NCBI GenBank assembly: GCA_019322895.1
Contig: JAHWHZ010000001.1
Span: 74,220 to 138,219 of the forward strand
DNA length: 64,000 bases
Reading direction: 5' to 3'
Origin: Candidatus Woesearchaeota archaeon
Lineage (GTDB): Archaea; Nanobdellota; Nanobdellia; Woesearchaeales; ARS49
Numbering within the stretch: position 1 is the first letter of the stretch; each line of letters opens with the position of its first letter. Below, one piece after another: positions 9,191 to 19,007 of this stretch. The notes under the pieces were generated by a model, which was given only the letters and a program-made list of their open reading frames with translations, was not told the DNA's origin and made no database searches. A program made the translations under genes and the position numbers.

Positions 9191-9931
9191 TTATTTTGCT
9201 GTTTTCCATAATTGGAGAAAGAATTTTCTGAATTGCTCTGAGCTTTCTTCGCTTTGGATTTTTATTGCTGTAGGGGTTTCTCCCCAAGTGACCATCACTA
9301 TGTTATCTCTGAAGATGGTAAGTCCTTGAGGAAAATTAAAGTCTGTGAATCTGAGTTTTGTTTCTTGAAATTCTTTTTTAGTATAGCTCTGCTCAAATAA
9401 CTGTCTTGTTTTTGAGTTTCCCAAAAGCCGAATATCTAATTTTTTCTCTTTTCTTTTTTTAATGAAGTTCTTATAGAATACGCGTATTATTGCATTTTTG
9501 TGTTCTTCTCCACGAACGGTGAATGCCAGATATAATTCTTTTGGCTTGGCATCTACAATCAGGTTTCTTAATAGATTAAATACTGCTTTAGTGCCTTCGA
9601 ACATCTCAACTGATTGCTTTTTCTTGGCGAATTTCTGCTTTTCTAAGAGTTCAGGAATCGCTTCAGAAATTCTTTCTCTTTTTTCGTCTAAGAAAGTTAA
9701 TATTGATTTAGGGTCTGCGGCCTGATAATGCCTTTTATTCTCAATTTTCACATAAGAAACTAGGCCTTTATCCTGAAGCCTATTAAGAATTTCATATATT
9801 TTGGAGCTGGGGATTTTTGTCTTTTCCAGGATTGCACCTATTGATGTTGAGCCAAGTTCTAGCAAAGCCAAGTACACTTTAATTTCTCGTTTGGTTAATC
9901 CTATGCTTTCAAATGCTTCTATGTCTATCAT
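9191..9931 (-). CDS. TrmB-family transcriptional regulator
   Basis: N-terminal wHTH LGLTKREIKVYLALLELGSTSIGAILEKTKIPSSKIYEILNRLQDKGLV typical of TrmB; 246 aa. Confidence 0.7.
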   Translation of the reverse strand: MIDIEAFESIGLTKREIKVYLALLELGSTSIGAILEKTKIPSSKIYEILNRLQDKGLVSYVKIENKRHYQAADPKSILTFLDEKRERISEAIPELLEKQKFAKKKQSVEMFEGTKAVFNLLRNLIVDAKPKELYLAFTVRGEEHKNAIIRVFYKNFIKKRKEKKLDIRLLGNSKTRQLFEQSYTKKEFQETKLRFTDFNFPQGLTIFRDNIVMVTWGETPTAIKIQSEESSEQFRKFFLQLWKTAK

Positions 9932-10022
9932 ATTAATAACTTATATTGTTTACTTTATAAAGCTTTTGTTTTATACTCCCTTTAGGGGTAGATAAAATAT
10001 AAAAAGAACTGACGTTACTACT

Positions 10023-10586
10023 ATGTTGGAACTAATAATTACAAAACAAATGAGGCATAAAAAAATGACAGAACAGAATAACAGAGAAAAACAGATTGAA
10101 GGTATGTATTTAAGCGACGCTTTAAAAAAATATCCTAAAACAATGGAAATAGCCGATGTACTTGAATCCATACGAGAGTTAATAATTTGTGACGTCCCTT
10201 ATGGAAAGAGAGCTCACTATAATTTTTACATTCGCCAAGTAGCACCATTTGAAACAGAAAATTTTAAAGGTGTTGTCTACAAAGCAGAAAATAACGGATG
10301 GAGTATGGCTGGAACCCCCCATCAGAATTATCAACTTAGTACAATGTATTTTAAAAAAGGAGAAAGGAAACTAACAGAACTCCCACCACTAGAATATCTC
10401 GCCCTGACCGAGGAGAAATTGAAATATGCTGAGTTAGGTGAACATTCCCTTCACATAAAAGTTCTACCTCAAGACAACTTAGAAATAAAATTAATTGGTG
10501 TGAAATCAGATCATAATGATAAACCACCTTATAATAGAACATTTTTAGCAGATCTAAAAAAAGAAGAACTGGTTAAACGAGACTGA
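10023..10586 (+). CDS. Hypothetical protein
   Basis: ORF only; no motif recognised. Confidence 0.3.
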   Translation: MLELIITKQMRHKKMTEQNNREKQIEGMYLSDALKKYPKTMEIADVLESIRELIICDVPYGKRAHYNFYIRQVAPFETENFKGVVYKAENNGWSMAGTPHQNYQLSTMYFKKGERKLTELPPLEYLALTEEKLKYAELGEHSLHIKVLPQDNLEIKLIGVKSDHNDKPPYNRTFLADLKKEELVKRD

Positions 10587-10645
10587 TTGTAGATTTGGAA
10601 TAATTTCCATCTCCAAATATCTATTTCCTCATGTTAAGTATATTT

Positions 10646-10710
10646 GGGTGATGGAGAAATCCCACCAATCCAAGCCTGTTTTGGCCTTCTTTACTCCACT
10701 CCCCTAAATC
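10646..10710. repeat. Hairpin repeat element, copy B (GGGTGATGGAGAAAT...TGTTTTGGCC...CTCCACTCCCC)
   Basis: Shares a purine-rich 5' arm, a TGTTTWGGCCTT core and a complementary pyrimidine-rich 3' arm with the copies at 11398-11456 and 12510-12580. The 15-mer GGGTGATGGAGAAAT also occurs at 9173-9187. Confidence 0.55.
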
Positions 10711-10798
10711 GAGGTATATGGTTTATTCTGCAGGAATTCTGGTATTTGAAGCAGTGGAGAAAATTGACTTTAGAGGTCTTTTTGGTGGCAATTAAAAA

Positions 10799-11341
10799 TT
10801 ATTTCTCTTTTAATTCATCTATTCCTTTTATGTATCCTAATACTGTGGGCATGATTTCGGATATGATTTTCCAGCTTTTGGATGATTTTGCTCTTATTTG
10901 TGCGAATCTTAATTGTTCTTTTACTGCAATGGATTCATCGCAGTTTTCATTTTTTAAATAATGATAGGCATGTCCTATTAATTCATGATCCATGCCGCTT
11001 TGGTTATAAATTTCATAGAATTCTTCGGGTGTGATTTTTGCATAGGCAGTCATTACTTTATCAATGATATTCTCAGGCATACCTAATGAACTAAGCCCAA
11101 CTCTTACTATTTCCGGAGAATCTGATGCAATATTTTCCCTATATACTTCAATTAATACTTTTCCTGTAGAATAATGTGTAAATCCATACCATCCTCCAAT
11201 ATCACTTGGAGATGCTCTTCTGGGAATTACATCAAGATAAACTTTATCTAGGTTTAACACAGAAGTATCCAACCCTAGCTTATCAGCAAGCAAGACAGCA
11301 TTCTTTTTCCAGCGTTGTAAATCTCTTATTGTAATAAGCAT
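10799..11341 (-). CDS. Hypothetical protein
   Basis: ORF only. Confidence 0.3.
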   Translation of the reverse strand: MLITIRDLQRWKKNAVLLADKLGLDTSVLNLDKVYLDVIPRRASPSDIGGWYGFTHYSTGKVLIEVYRENIASDSPEIVRVGLSSLGMPENIIDKVMTAYAKITPEEFYEIYNQSGMDHELIGHAYHYLKNENCDESIAVKEQLRFAQIRAKSSKSWKIISEIMPTVLGYIKGIDELKEK

Positions 11342-11397
11342 ATTATCTAATAAAAGACAAGTCTTATTTTAAAGATTTTTCTATTTTTTAATAGTTT

Positions 11398-11456
11398 AGG
11401 GGGTGGAGAAATTTCATCAAAAGGAGCTTGTTTAGGCCTTTTTCACTCCCCCCCTC
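11398..11456. repeat. Hairpin repeat element, copy C (GGGGGTGGAGAAAT...TGTTTAGGCCTTTTTCACTCCCCCCCTC)
   Basis: See copy B. About 57 nt upstream of the start of the minus-strand gene 10799-11341. Confidence 0.55.
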
Positions 11457-11556
11457 AAAATGGCAATAAACGCCTTAATACTCTTGAAATCAGGGCTTAG
11501 AAGAGTTGAGGGCCTCCTACTTTAGAGGGGTTTTTGGTGGGAATCAGAATTGCTAA

Positions 11557-12504
11557 TTACTTCTCTTCTTCTCTCACAATCATAATAGAAAAAAGCGATC
11601 CTAAGCAAGATTTAATTCTTCTTATGATACTACACAAATGATGTAAAATACAATCATCTTTATCGTTTGCTTCTAATGAAGAATATAGTTCTTTTGTTTT
11701 CTCTTGAATTTCGCTATGTAATTTGGAGCAATCTTCAATTTTTAATGCTTTTTCTGTTTCTTGTTTCAAGAATAAATTTTTGAAATTAGTAAAGGAATCG
11801 TTTGTTTCTTTGAATAGTTTAAGAGTTTTTTTATCAATTTTTTTCTGTTTTAAGTAATATTTACAAATACTATAATACTCATCACCTATATTTTCTAGTT
11901 CTTTAATGATATAAAAAAGAAAAGGAATTTGGTCTATATCTTCATAACCGACTTTAGTTAGTATTCTTTCACAAAAGTTTGCATTTCTATTTATTATGCT
12001 TTCTTTGGTCATCGCCATTTTGATTTCATTGATATTTTTGGTTTTTATACTCTCAAGACTATCTTTTGAAAATTCCGATAAACTAAAAAGCAACTTTTTT
12101 AGAATACTTTTAAATTGTGATTGATCTATCATGGAAATAGATTCTAAAACACAGAAGTTTTTCTTATTTTCCGTAATATCTAATCCGTTTAAATCTGATC
12201 CAACAACTTTATCAATTGCATTATAAATCTCTGCATTATTATATGCGAATTCTATATGGTCATAGCCCGCGCGGTATAATGCTGCAGTATAGTGCATTAT
12301 TGTAGGGCAAGAAATCTTATCAGAAACAGTGATTGTTTTAGATAGAATCTCTTTTCTTCCTCTGCCCCCAACGATTAGATAATGGCCTTCTTCAACTATT
12401 TGTATTTCGTCTCCTTTATGAAGTTTATTTTTGTTAATCCACTTTATTGGAAGTGTTATTGTTAATGAGGAGCTTCCGTGTTGTACAATTTTTCTTGTTG
12501 CCAT
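11557..12504 (-). CDS. AbrB/SpoVT swapped-hairpin domain fused to a PhoU-like domain (archaeal phosphate-uptake-regulator-like protein)
   Basis: N-terminal IVQHGSSSLTITLPIKWINKNKLHKGDEIQIVEEGHYLIV is AbrB/MazE-like; helical PhoU-like remainder. A paralog lies at 31122-32036. Confidence 0.55.
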   Translation of the reverse strand: MATRKIVQHGSSSLTITLPIKWINKNKLHKGDEIQIVEEGHYLIVGGRGRKEILSKTITVSDKISCPTIMHYTAALYRAGYDHIEFAYNNAEIYNAIDKVVGSDLNGLDITENKKNFCVLESISMIDQSQFKSILKKLLFSLSEFSKDSLESIKTKNINEIKMAMTKESIINRNANFCERILTKVGYEDIDQIPFLFYIIKELENIGDEYYSICKYYLKQKKIDKKTLKLFKETNDSFTNFKNLFLKQETEKALKIEDCSKLHSEIQEKTKELYSSLEANDKDDCILHHLCSIIRRIKSCLGSLFSIMIVREEEK

Positions 12505-12509
12505 AAAAA

Positions 12510-12580
12510 TAAGGAGAGGTTGTTTTGGTGAAACAAATGAACAAACTAAACCAGAGTTTAGAGGTCATTCCCTCTCCCTT
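12510..12580. repeat. Hairpin repeat element, diverged copy D (AAGGAGAGG...TGTTTTGG...CCCTCTCCCTT)
   Basis: Same architecture as B and C; overlaps the 5' leader of gene 11557-12504. Confidence 0.4.
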
Positions 12581-12915
12581 AGTACTATAAAACGCACGCA
12601 TATATAAATGTTTCTATCCAATAAACAAATAAATATAAAATACACATTTTCTAAAAGTTATGCATAATAAACTGCAAAAATACATATATTCATTGTACTT
12701 TATATTATTTAACAAGAACTGAAGGGACACAAGCTTCCTTGGTTCGGAGGTGATAAAAAATGAAAAAAGCACAAAAACAAAAAATGAGATGGGGTATGAA
12801 ATCTTCGGTAATAGATGGATACATATTCGATCGATTTGGAGTTAGTTTTAGACAAATGGGGGCAATAGCCTAAAAAGGGTAGCGTACTACATTACGCTAG
12901 GAGGAAATAAAAAAA

Positions 12916-14229
12916 ATGAAACAAAACGCAATTATTGGAGGGGGCAAAATTGAAGAGCCCAGAATAGCTTTGGGAAACACTATTGATGGAACTGGTAGAA
13001 GTTTGGATCTTAATGTTAACAAACCGCATAATATTGCAATTATAGGTCCTTCAGGATGCGGTAAAACAATGTTATTATCTACGATTTCTGAAGGTTTAAT
13101 TTTTAAGAAGAGTAATTGTCTAAAGAATTTTAATACTAGTATGCCTTTGATTTTATTGGATTTACTGGGAAATATGCATGGACTAAAGAAAACGGACAAA
13201 CAATGCGAATTAATTAAAGAACTAGATCAAAAATCTCTTGAAGATTTAGATTCTAATGTAACACTTAATTATATACCCTCATACATAAGTGATGACGAAA
13301 TGAGTCCTGAAGAGATATTAGGATTTAATCGATTATCAGTAGACTTTTCCAAGATAACTGAATCAGAAGTTTGTGAACTTTTAAAGATTTCTGTAGCTAG
13401 AGATACCAATATGGCGGCACTAGTTAAACGGGTAATGAAGCAGCATCCCAAGAATCCTGGAGAATTTTTCGATATGTTAAATATGTTGAAAGAGGATGCC
13501 TTGCTTCCAGATAATCTCGCTAATGCATTAGACAAGGTTCTTTTTAGAGCAGAAGAGTTAGTAAAGTATTCTATTTTTAGATGGAATAACAATAAGGATG
13601 TGATTAGTCAACTTAGAAATAGAAAAACTGCAATAATAAATTGTGAAAAGTCATTAATGGAGGCGAAAGAAGTAACTAATATGTGGATAAGGCTTTACTT
13701 AGGGAGATTAAAAACTGAGAGAAGAAAAGCAAATGAATCAGAAACACAAAAAAGATACTTTGGAACTGAAGTAGATTTTAAGGATAAATTGCCGGCTTTC
13801 TGGCTTGCTATTGATGAAGTTCATAGGCTTAATCATAGTACAAAAGTAGCATATAATGATTTTGTAAGAACTGCAAGGAATTGGAATTGTTCAACTATTG
13901 TTTCTACTCAATGTGTGGATGATATTGATAAAGAAACTAGGAAAAATCTAACAGTAATGTTTTTGGGTAGAATGAGTGAAAAAGAAGCTATGAAAGCTTT
14001 AAAGGATTTTCCAATCCCAATAAATCATAAGCGAGTTTTGAATAGAGTACAAGATTTGTTGCCTGGACAATTCTTGGTTTTAGATAAAATAAGCGGCGAA
14101 TTTTTTTATCTTAATACAAGAGAAAGAATCACTCAACACGTAGGCGCAACTGTTTCAACTGCTGATTTGATTGAGCTTTACAAGGATGCAAATGAAGCAA
14201 AAATGAAAGTGCCTGCTTTGGTCGCATAA
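12916..14229 (+). CDS. HerA/FtsK-superfamily P-loop ATPase (DUF87/AAA_10-like)
   Basis: Walker A AIIGPSGCGKT and Walker B FWLAIDEVHRL; RBS AGGAGG upstream; 437 aa. Confidence 0.55.
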   Translation: MKQNAIIGGGKIEEPRIALGNTIDGTGRSLDLNVNKPHNIAIIGPSGCGKTMLLSTISEGLIFKKSNCLKNFNTSMPLILLDLLGNMHGLKKTDKQCELIKELDQKSLEDLDSNVTLNYIPSYISDDEMSPEEILGFNRLSVDFSKITESEVCELLKISVARDTNMAALVKRVMKQHPKNPGEFFDMLNMLKEDALLPDNLANALDKVLFRAEELVKYSIFRWNNNKDVISQLRNRKTAIINCEKSLMEAKEVTNMWIRLYLGRLKTERRKANESETQKRYFGTEVDFKDKLPAFWLAIDEVHRLNHSTKVAYNDFVRTARNWNCSTIVSTQCVDDIDKETRKNLTVMFLGRMSEKEAMKALKDFPIPINHKRVLNRVQDLLPGQFLVLDKISGEFFYLNTRERITQHVGATVSTADLIELYKDANEAKMKVPALVA

Positions 14230-14352
14230 GGTGATGAAAATATTTTTTCCACCTTCTTTTTTATCAACAAACACACACAGTTTTATAAAAGATGTTAGCT
14301 TTTTAAGGAACTGTAAAGCCACATTTAAAAAAAACTGAATGAGGATTCAAAA

Positions 14353-15801
14353 ATGAAACTCCTAACCAAATCCAAATATCTAATTGGCTTGCAGTGCCCT
14401 AAATATCTTTGGATTGTTTTTAATGATTCTAAGCAGATTCCTAAGGCAGGGGTTCCTGATGAGTTTAAGTTTAAGGAAGGTGAGAAAGTAGGGGAGTTGG
14501 CTAAGAAGTTGTTTCCTGATGGGATTGATTTGCCTGCTGATGATTTTGTTAAGAATCTTGAGGAGTCTGAAAAGGCTTTGAAAGAGAGAAAGCCTTTGTT
14601 TGAGGCTGGTTTTAAGTTTGGGAATATTTTTTCTAGGGCAGATGTTATTGTTCCTGTTGGTGATGAGTGGGATATTGTTGAGGTTAAATCTGCTACTAAG
14701 GTTAAGGATATTAATTATCATGATGTTGCTTTTCAGAAGTATGTATATGAAAGTAAGGGTCTTAAGATTAGGAAGTGTTTTTTATTGCATTTGAATAGTA
14801 AATATATTAGAAAGGGAGAGTTAGATTTAAAGGGTTTATTTGTTAAGGAAGATATTACTTCTAAGGTTAGTTTGCATTTTTTAGGTATTAAGGGGAGGAT
14901 TGATTCTATGTTTAAAATTATTTCTTCTGAGAAAATGCCTGAAATGAAGGTTGGGGCGCATTGTAGTGATCCTTACAAATGTCCTGTTTGTCATTGTTGG
15001 GAAGAGTTGCCTGAGAATCATGTTTTTTGTTTGTATCGTGGCGGAAAGTTAAGTTGTAAATTATTTGAAGAAGGAATTGAAGCAATTGGAGATATTCCCG
15101 AAGATGTTAAATTAAATGATAAACAAGGAATACAAAGAGATTGTGCTCTTTCTGGAAAACCCCATATACACAAAGAAAGTATTAAACATTTCTTAAACAC
15201 ATTAAAATATCCGTTATATTATCTTGATTTTGAAACTTTTTCAACAGCGATTCCTATGTTTGACGGATTAAAGACTTATTCTCAAGTTCCTTTTCAGTTC
15301 AGTTTGCATGTTGTTGAGAAAGAAGGAAGTAAACCAAAACATTATGAGTTTCTTTATAATGGAAATGAAGATCCACGAGAGGATTTTATTTTGGCTTTGA
15401 AAAAGGTTTTAGGAGATAAGGGTTCTGTTGTTGTTTATAATCAAGTTTTTGAGATTAATAGATTAAAAGATTTAGGAGAACACTTTCCTAAATATAAGAA
15501 ATGGGTAGATTCTGTTTTATCTAGAATTGTTGATTTATTAGTTCCGTTCAGGAATTTTTCATATTATAATCCAAAACAAGAAGGTTCTGCCTCAATCAAG
15601 AAAGTTCTACCTGCGCTCTGCAGTAAAAGCTATAAAGGAATGGGTATTACAGATGGAGGAACCGCATCTGTAAAGTTCTTTAATATGGCTTATGGAGAAT
15701 GTGAAAATAAGGATAAAATCAGGCAGGACTTGTTAAAATATTGCGAACTAGATACTTTGGCAGAGGTTTGGATTGTTGAGGAATTGGGAAAGCTCATTTA
15801 A
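14353..15801 (+). CDS. Two-domain nuclease: N-terminal Cas4/RecB-like PD-(D/E)xK nuclease with Fe-S cysteines fused to a C-terminal DEDD/RNase-H-like exonuclease-type domain (DUF83 + DUF2779-like)
   Basis: N-terminal Cys (LQCPKYLW), a D..EVK block (DVIVPVGDEWDIVEVKSATK), QxxxY (FQKYVY) and a C-terminal Cys cluster CSDPYKCPVCHC match the Cas4 motifs. The second half has YYLDFETFS, an acidic DxE-type motif. Confidence 0.5.
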   Translation: MKLLTKSKYLIGLQCPKYLWIVFNDSKQIPKAGVPDEFKFKEGEKVGELAKKLFPDGIDLPADDFVKNLEESEKALKERKPLFEAGFKFGNIFSRADVIVPVGDEWDIVEVKSATKVKDINYHDVAFQKYVYESKGLKIRKCFLLHLNSKYIRKGELDLKGLFVKEDITSKVSLHFLGIKGRIDSMFKIISSEKMPEMKVGAHCSDPYKCPVCHCWEELPENHVFCLYRGGKLSCKLFEEGIEAIGDIPEDVKLNDKQGIQRDCALSGKPHIHKESIKHFLNTLKYPLYYLDFETFSTAIPMFDGLKTYSQVPFQFSLHVVEKEGSKPKHYEFLYNGNEDPREDFILALKKVLGDKGSVVVYNQVFEINRLKDLGEHFPKYKKWVDSVLSRIVDLLVPFRNFSYYNPKQEGSASIKKVLPALCSKSYKGMGITDGGTASVKFFNMAYGECENKDKIRQDLLKYCELDTLAEVWIVEELGKLI

Positions 15802-15844
15802 AAAAAGAAGTATTTATAAAAGAAATCAAATTAAATATGTTAAT

Positions 15845-16618
15845 ATGATTAGCGATAAATTAAAAGAAGAAATAAAAGAAGAGTTAATTAGGAAAATTAA
15901 GAATAAAATTGCGAATTATGATTTTTCTAAGAAATCAGGAAATCCATTTATAGATATTGTTTTTGGCAAATATTCTAATATCAAATCATTTATTCATGGA
16001 ACTGCAACTATGCTGGGCAGTTATTATGAAATACTTGCTAGAAAAATTGCACAAGAAAATTCCAATTTTATTGAAGCAAAAAAAATTGTGCTTATTGGCA
16101 AAATATCAAATTCGGAAAGTGCAGTTATTAAACATTTAGTTAAGGATTTAGAAGAAAAAAATATTGCTGCAGATCATGATGCCGAAATAAAATCAGTTTA
16201 TTCCGCAGGAGCTACAAATATTAGAGATACGCGAATAACTATCGACTTGTTTTTAAAAGATAAAAAAGGAAAAGAATATTTTATCGAAATGAAAGGCCCG
16301 GATCCTAATAAGAAAGAAGTTCGCGCAGCAAAAGAAGACTTATTAAATGTAATTGCTATGAAAAAAAGAGAAATTTCTATTAAATCTTTCGATAAAAAGG
16401 TTCGAGTTATTTTTGGAGTATATTATAATAATGAAGACGGGGACTATAATAATTGGAAAGTTTCTCCGATGTTCGAAAGAGGACAAGATTTATTAGTTCA
16501 AGAGGAATTTTGGGATCTTTTAGGTGGTAAAGGGACATATAAAGAATTATTGAATATTCTTGAGCAAGTAAAAGAAAAGGTATTCCCAATTATTGAAAAA
16601 ACAATAAATAAATTTTAG
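15845..16618 (+). CDS. Putative type II restriction endonuclease (PD-(D/E)xK); the longest ORF starts at 15773 but overlaps the upstream gene
   Basis: Convergent with and overlapping (4 nt) the DNA methyltransferase; candidate ID..EMK catalytic block (ITIDLF...EYFIEMKGP). Confidence 0.35.
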   Translation: MISDKLKEEIKEELIRKIKNKIANYDFSKKSGNPFIDIVFGKYSNIKSFIHGTATMLGSYYEILARKIAQENSNFIEAKKIVLIGKISNSESAVIKHLVKDLEEKNIAADHDAEIKSVYSAGATNIRDTRITIDLFLKDKKGKEYFIEMKGPDPNKKEVRAAKEDLLNVIAMKKREISIKSFDKKVRVIFGVYYNNEDGDYNNWKVSPMFERGQDLLVQEEFWDLLGGKGTYKELLNILEQVKEKVFPIIEKTINKF

Positions 16619-18222
16619 TTTTTTTTCTGCATATGAAATATTATTTCTGCGTAGGGTTGTCTGTCGCGTTCTGTTCGGTTTAGTACGGGTCTTTTGAATT
16701 TATTTACTATTTTTAATCCGCTTTTTTCGGCGATAATCGGATATAGATTAAATTTATCGTTTGCTACTATAAAAAAGTGTCCATCGTCTTTGACAAATTT
16801 GCTGATATTTGTTAAAACTTGACTGATTCCTTCGATATATTCTTTTCTGGCTTCTGCGCCGCGGCCTTTGTATAATGGTCCTATTTCTTGTTTGTCTCTT
16901 CGGTTTATTTTGAATAGTTCGTATGCATATGCATGTTGTTCGTGATAGTCTATTTGACCTACATACGGGGGAGACGTAAATATTCCTGCGATTTTGTTGT
17001 TTTTTAGGATTTTATATAGTGCTGGATTTTGATTTTTGACTTGTTCTAGTATGTTTATTGTTCTTGAATCGTCAGAAAGTACTGTTTGTTGTGTTTTTTT
17101 CTTTAATTTAGAAAAGTCATTTAGTCTTGTTAGTGTATCGTAGGTGTTTCTTCGCAAATGTTTAAGTATGCTGTTAATGGGGGTGCATATTTTTTTGTGT
17201 TTTCGGCAATAGTAAGGCCCTCTTTGTGGTTCTTTAAGTGTTGCTAGATCCGAATGTGTTGTTGCTCTGCATGATCTAGCAGTTCTACTCAATACTATTT
17301 TCATTATATTTCTTATTTGTTTATCATTAATCGTATTTATCAGCTTTAGGTAAAAATAAAGTTCTTGTTGAATTCTTTTTGAAAACCAGGTATTTAAGAA
17401 AGAGGACATTTTTTCTTGGCTGGCAAGATTAATTTTGTTTTTGGTGCCATTGTTTGTCAGGAATTTTTCATTTTTCTTCAGGAATTCTAAAAATCTTTCT
17501 TGCGCATATTTTTCTTCAGATATTTTTCCTTTAGATACTTTGTGTTTAAATTCTGGATTAGGAAAATGTTTCTGATTAAATTCGTATAATTTTTCTTTTA
17601 ATTGTAAATCATAATCGTCATCAAATGTTCTTTCACTGAATTGTGCAGTTCTTAGCAATGCTTCTTGCAATTTATTACTTAATCTTTTTATGTCATAATT
17701 ATCTAATTTAACTTTTGATAATAGACAGTTGAATTCAGAAATATCTATACCTATTGAATGCATTCCTAATTCAGATGCCTGAATTAATGTTGTCCCGCTC
17801 CCCATAAACGGATCTAGTATTATATCGCCTTTCTTGAAAAATATTTGTTTTTTAAATGTATTAATGTGATTATCTAAGAAGTATTCTACTAATTGAGGAA
17901 TAAATTTTCCTTTGTAAGGATGTAATCTATGAACATGTTTTGTTGTATCTGCTTCGCGCAAATGATCAAAGGATAACGCCCAGTTTAAATCATTTCCAAG
18001 ATATTTTTTCCAGGCATTTTGTTTTTTAATTACGATATCATCGTAATATCTTTTTAATTCATCTTTATTAACAATTATTTTTCTTTGATTATCTACATAT
18101 TTACGAATTTTAGCATATTGAACCAAGTAGGTTATATTTGAAGGGGTGACAGGTTTATTTAAATAATTGGTTGCCCAAGTAGAAGCCTCTTTTATTGAGA
18201 TACAATTATTGATTTTTATCAC
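16615..18222 (-). CDS. DNA methyltransferase (N6-adenine/N4-cytosine amino-MTase)
   Basis: SAM motif I DPFMGSGTT followed by ..LG..IGID..EF; catalytic motif IV TSPPY (IFTSPPYVGQIDY); 535 aa. Confidence 0.8.
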   Translation of the reverse strand: MIKINNCISIKEASTWATNYLNKPVTPSNITYLVQYAKIRKYVDNQRKIIVNKDELKRYYDDIVIKKQNAWKKYLGNDLNWALSFDHLREADTTKHVHRLHPYKGKFIPQLVEYFLDNHINTFKKQIFFKKGDIILDPFMGSGTTLIQASELGMHSIGIDISEFNCLLSKVKLDNYDIKRLSNKLQEALLRTAQFSERTFDDDYDLQLKEKLYEFNQKHFPNPEFKHKVSKGKISEEKYAQERFLEFLKKNEKFLTNNGTKNKINLASQEKMSSFLNTWFSKRIQQELYFYLKLINTINDKQIRNIMKIVLSRTARSCRATTHSDLATLKEPQRGPYYCRKHKKICTPINSILKHLRRNTYDTLTRLNDFSKLKKKTQQTVLSDDSRTINILEQVKNQNPALYKILKNNKIAGIFTSPPYVGQIDYHEQHAYAYELFKINRRDKQEIGPLYKGRGAEARKEYIEGISQVLTNISKFVKDDGHFFIVANDKFNLYPIIAEKSGLKIVNKFKRPVLNRTERDRQPYAEIIFHMQKKN

Positions 18223-18482
18223 CCTCTCTTTAATTTATTATTTGTCTTTTGTTATTTATATATGTTACGTGTATATGTCCAGTGAAGCTTCTTTATATAT
18301 TTTTCTACTTCAAAATCGGAAAATTTACGACATTTTAGTGACATTTTCCGAGACAGAATCTCTTATTTTATCTTCCTCCAGCCATTCGTTTATTAGGAAT
18401 ATCCATTCTGGGAGCTTTTTTCTGAGCTCTTGTTCGTATTCATTGGCTTGGATGATTTTTGTTCACCTTAAGGAATTTAAAG

Positions 18483-18515
18483 GCTTCATGGCCATGGAAG
18501 GAGCCATGAAGCTTT
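18483..18515. promoter_or_regulatory. Hairpin/palindrome GCTTCATGGC-N13-GCCATGAAGC containing CCATGGCCATGG, in the divergent intergenic region
   Basis: 10-bp perfect inverted repeat between the MTase start (18222, minus) and the 19008 operon (plus). Confidence 0.3.
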
Positions 18516-19007
18516 TGCATGGAGGGCAAAAATACACTGTGGTTCGTGGGTTTTCCTTGATTAAGCATGGTAATTCTATTGTTTTCCAAGTTTATATATT
18601 CTAGCGACTTTTCGTGGACACAAAGTTTTTTCATAATTTTTCTTATTGTTTTCCTGATTTAAATATTATTGCGGACTTTTGTAGGACTTTTTTCATTATA
18701 CTGTTTTTCAACAATATTAAACTAAGTCTAAAACTTATCCGATTTCGGACAAAAATATCCATTTTCAGACAAAAAATTAGAAGATGATTAAGTATATAAA
18801 TTCCCTACTCAGTTTTTTTCCGGTAAAAGTGAATAGGGGGTTTATAAAGAGCGCACATCAGCCACTGGACAAATGACCGAAAAATATAAATACGACCTTA
18901 TTAATCTAACATCATGTGTATTAATGATGACTGATTTAATATAATAATAACATTTTTATATCAGTTCTGTTTTATTGCACAAATCTAGGTTTGGAGGGAG
19001 ATGAAAA

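Noticed and set aside
10644-10961. 105-aa plus-strand ORF
   Set aside because: Overlaps the hairpin repeat element and the 3' end of the opposite-strand gene 10799-11341; low-complexity translation; likely spurious.
18167-18604. 145-aa ORF in the MTase upstream intergenic region
   Set aside because: Overlaps the MTase start on the other strand and the promoter palindrome; hydrophobic junk-like sequence.
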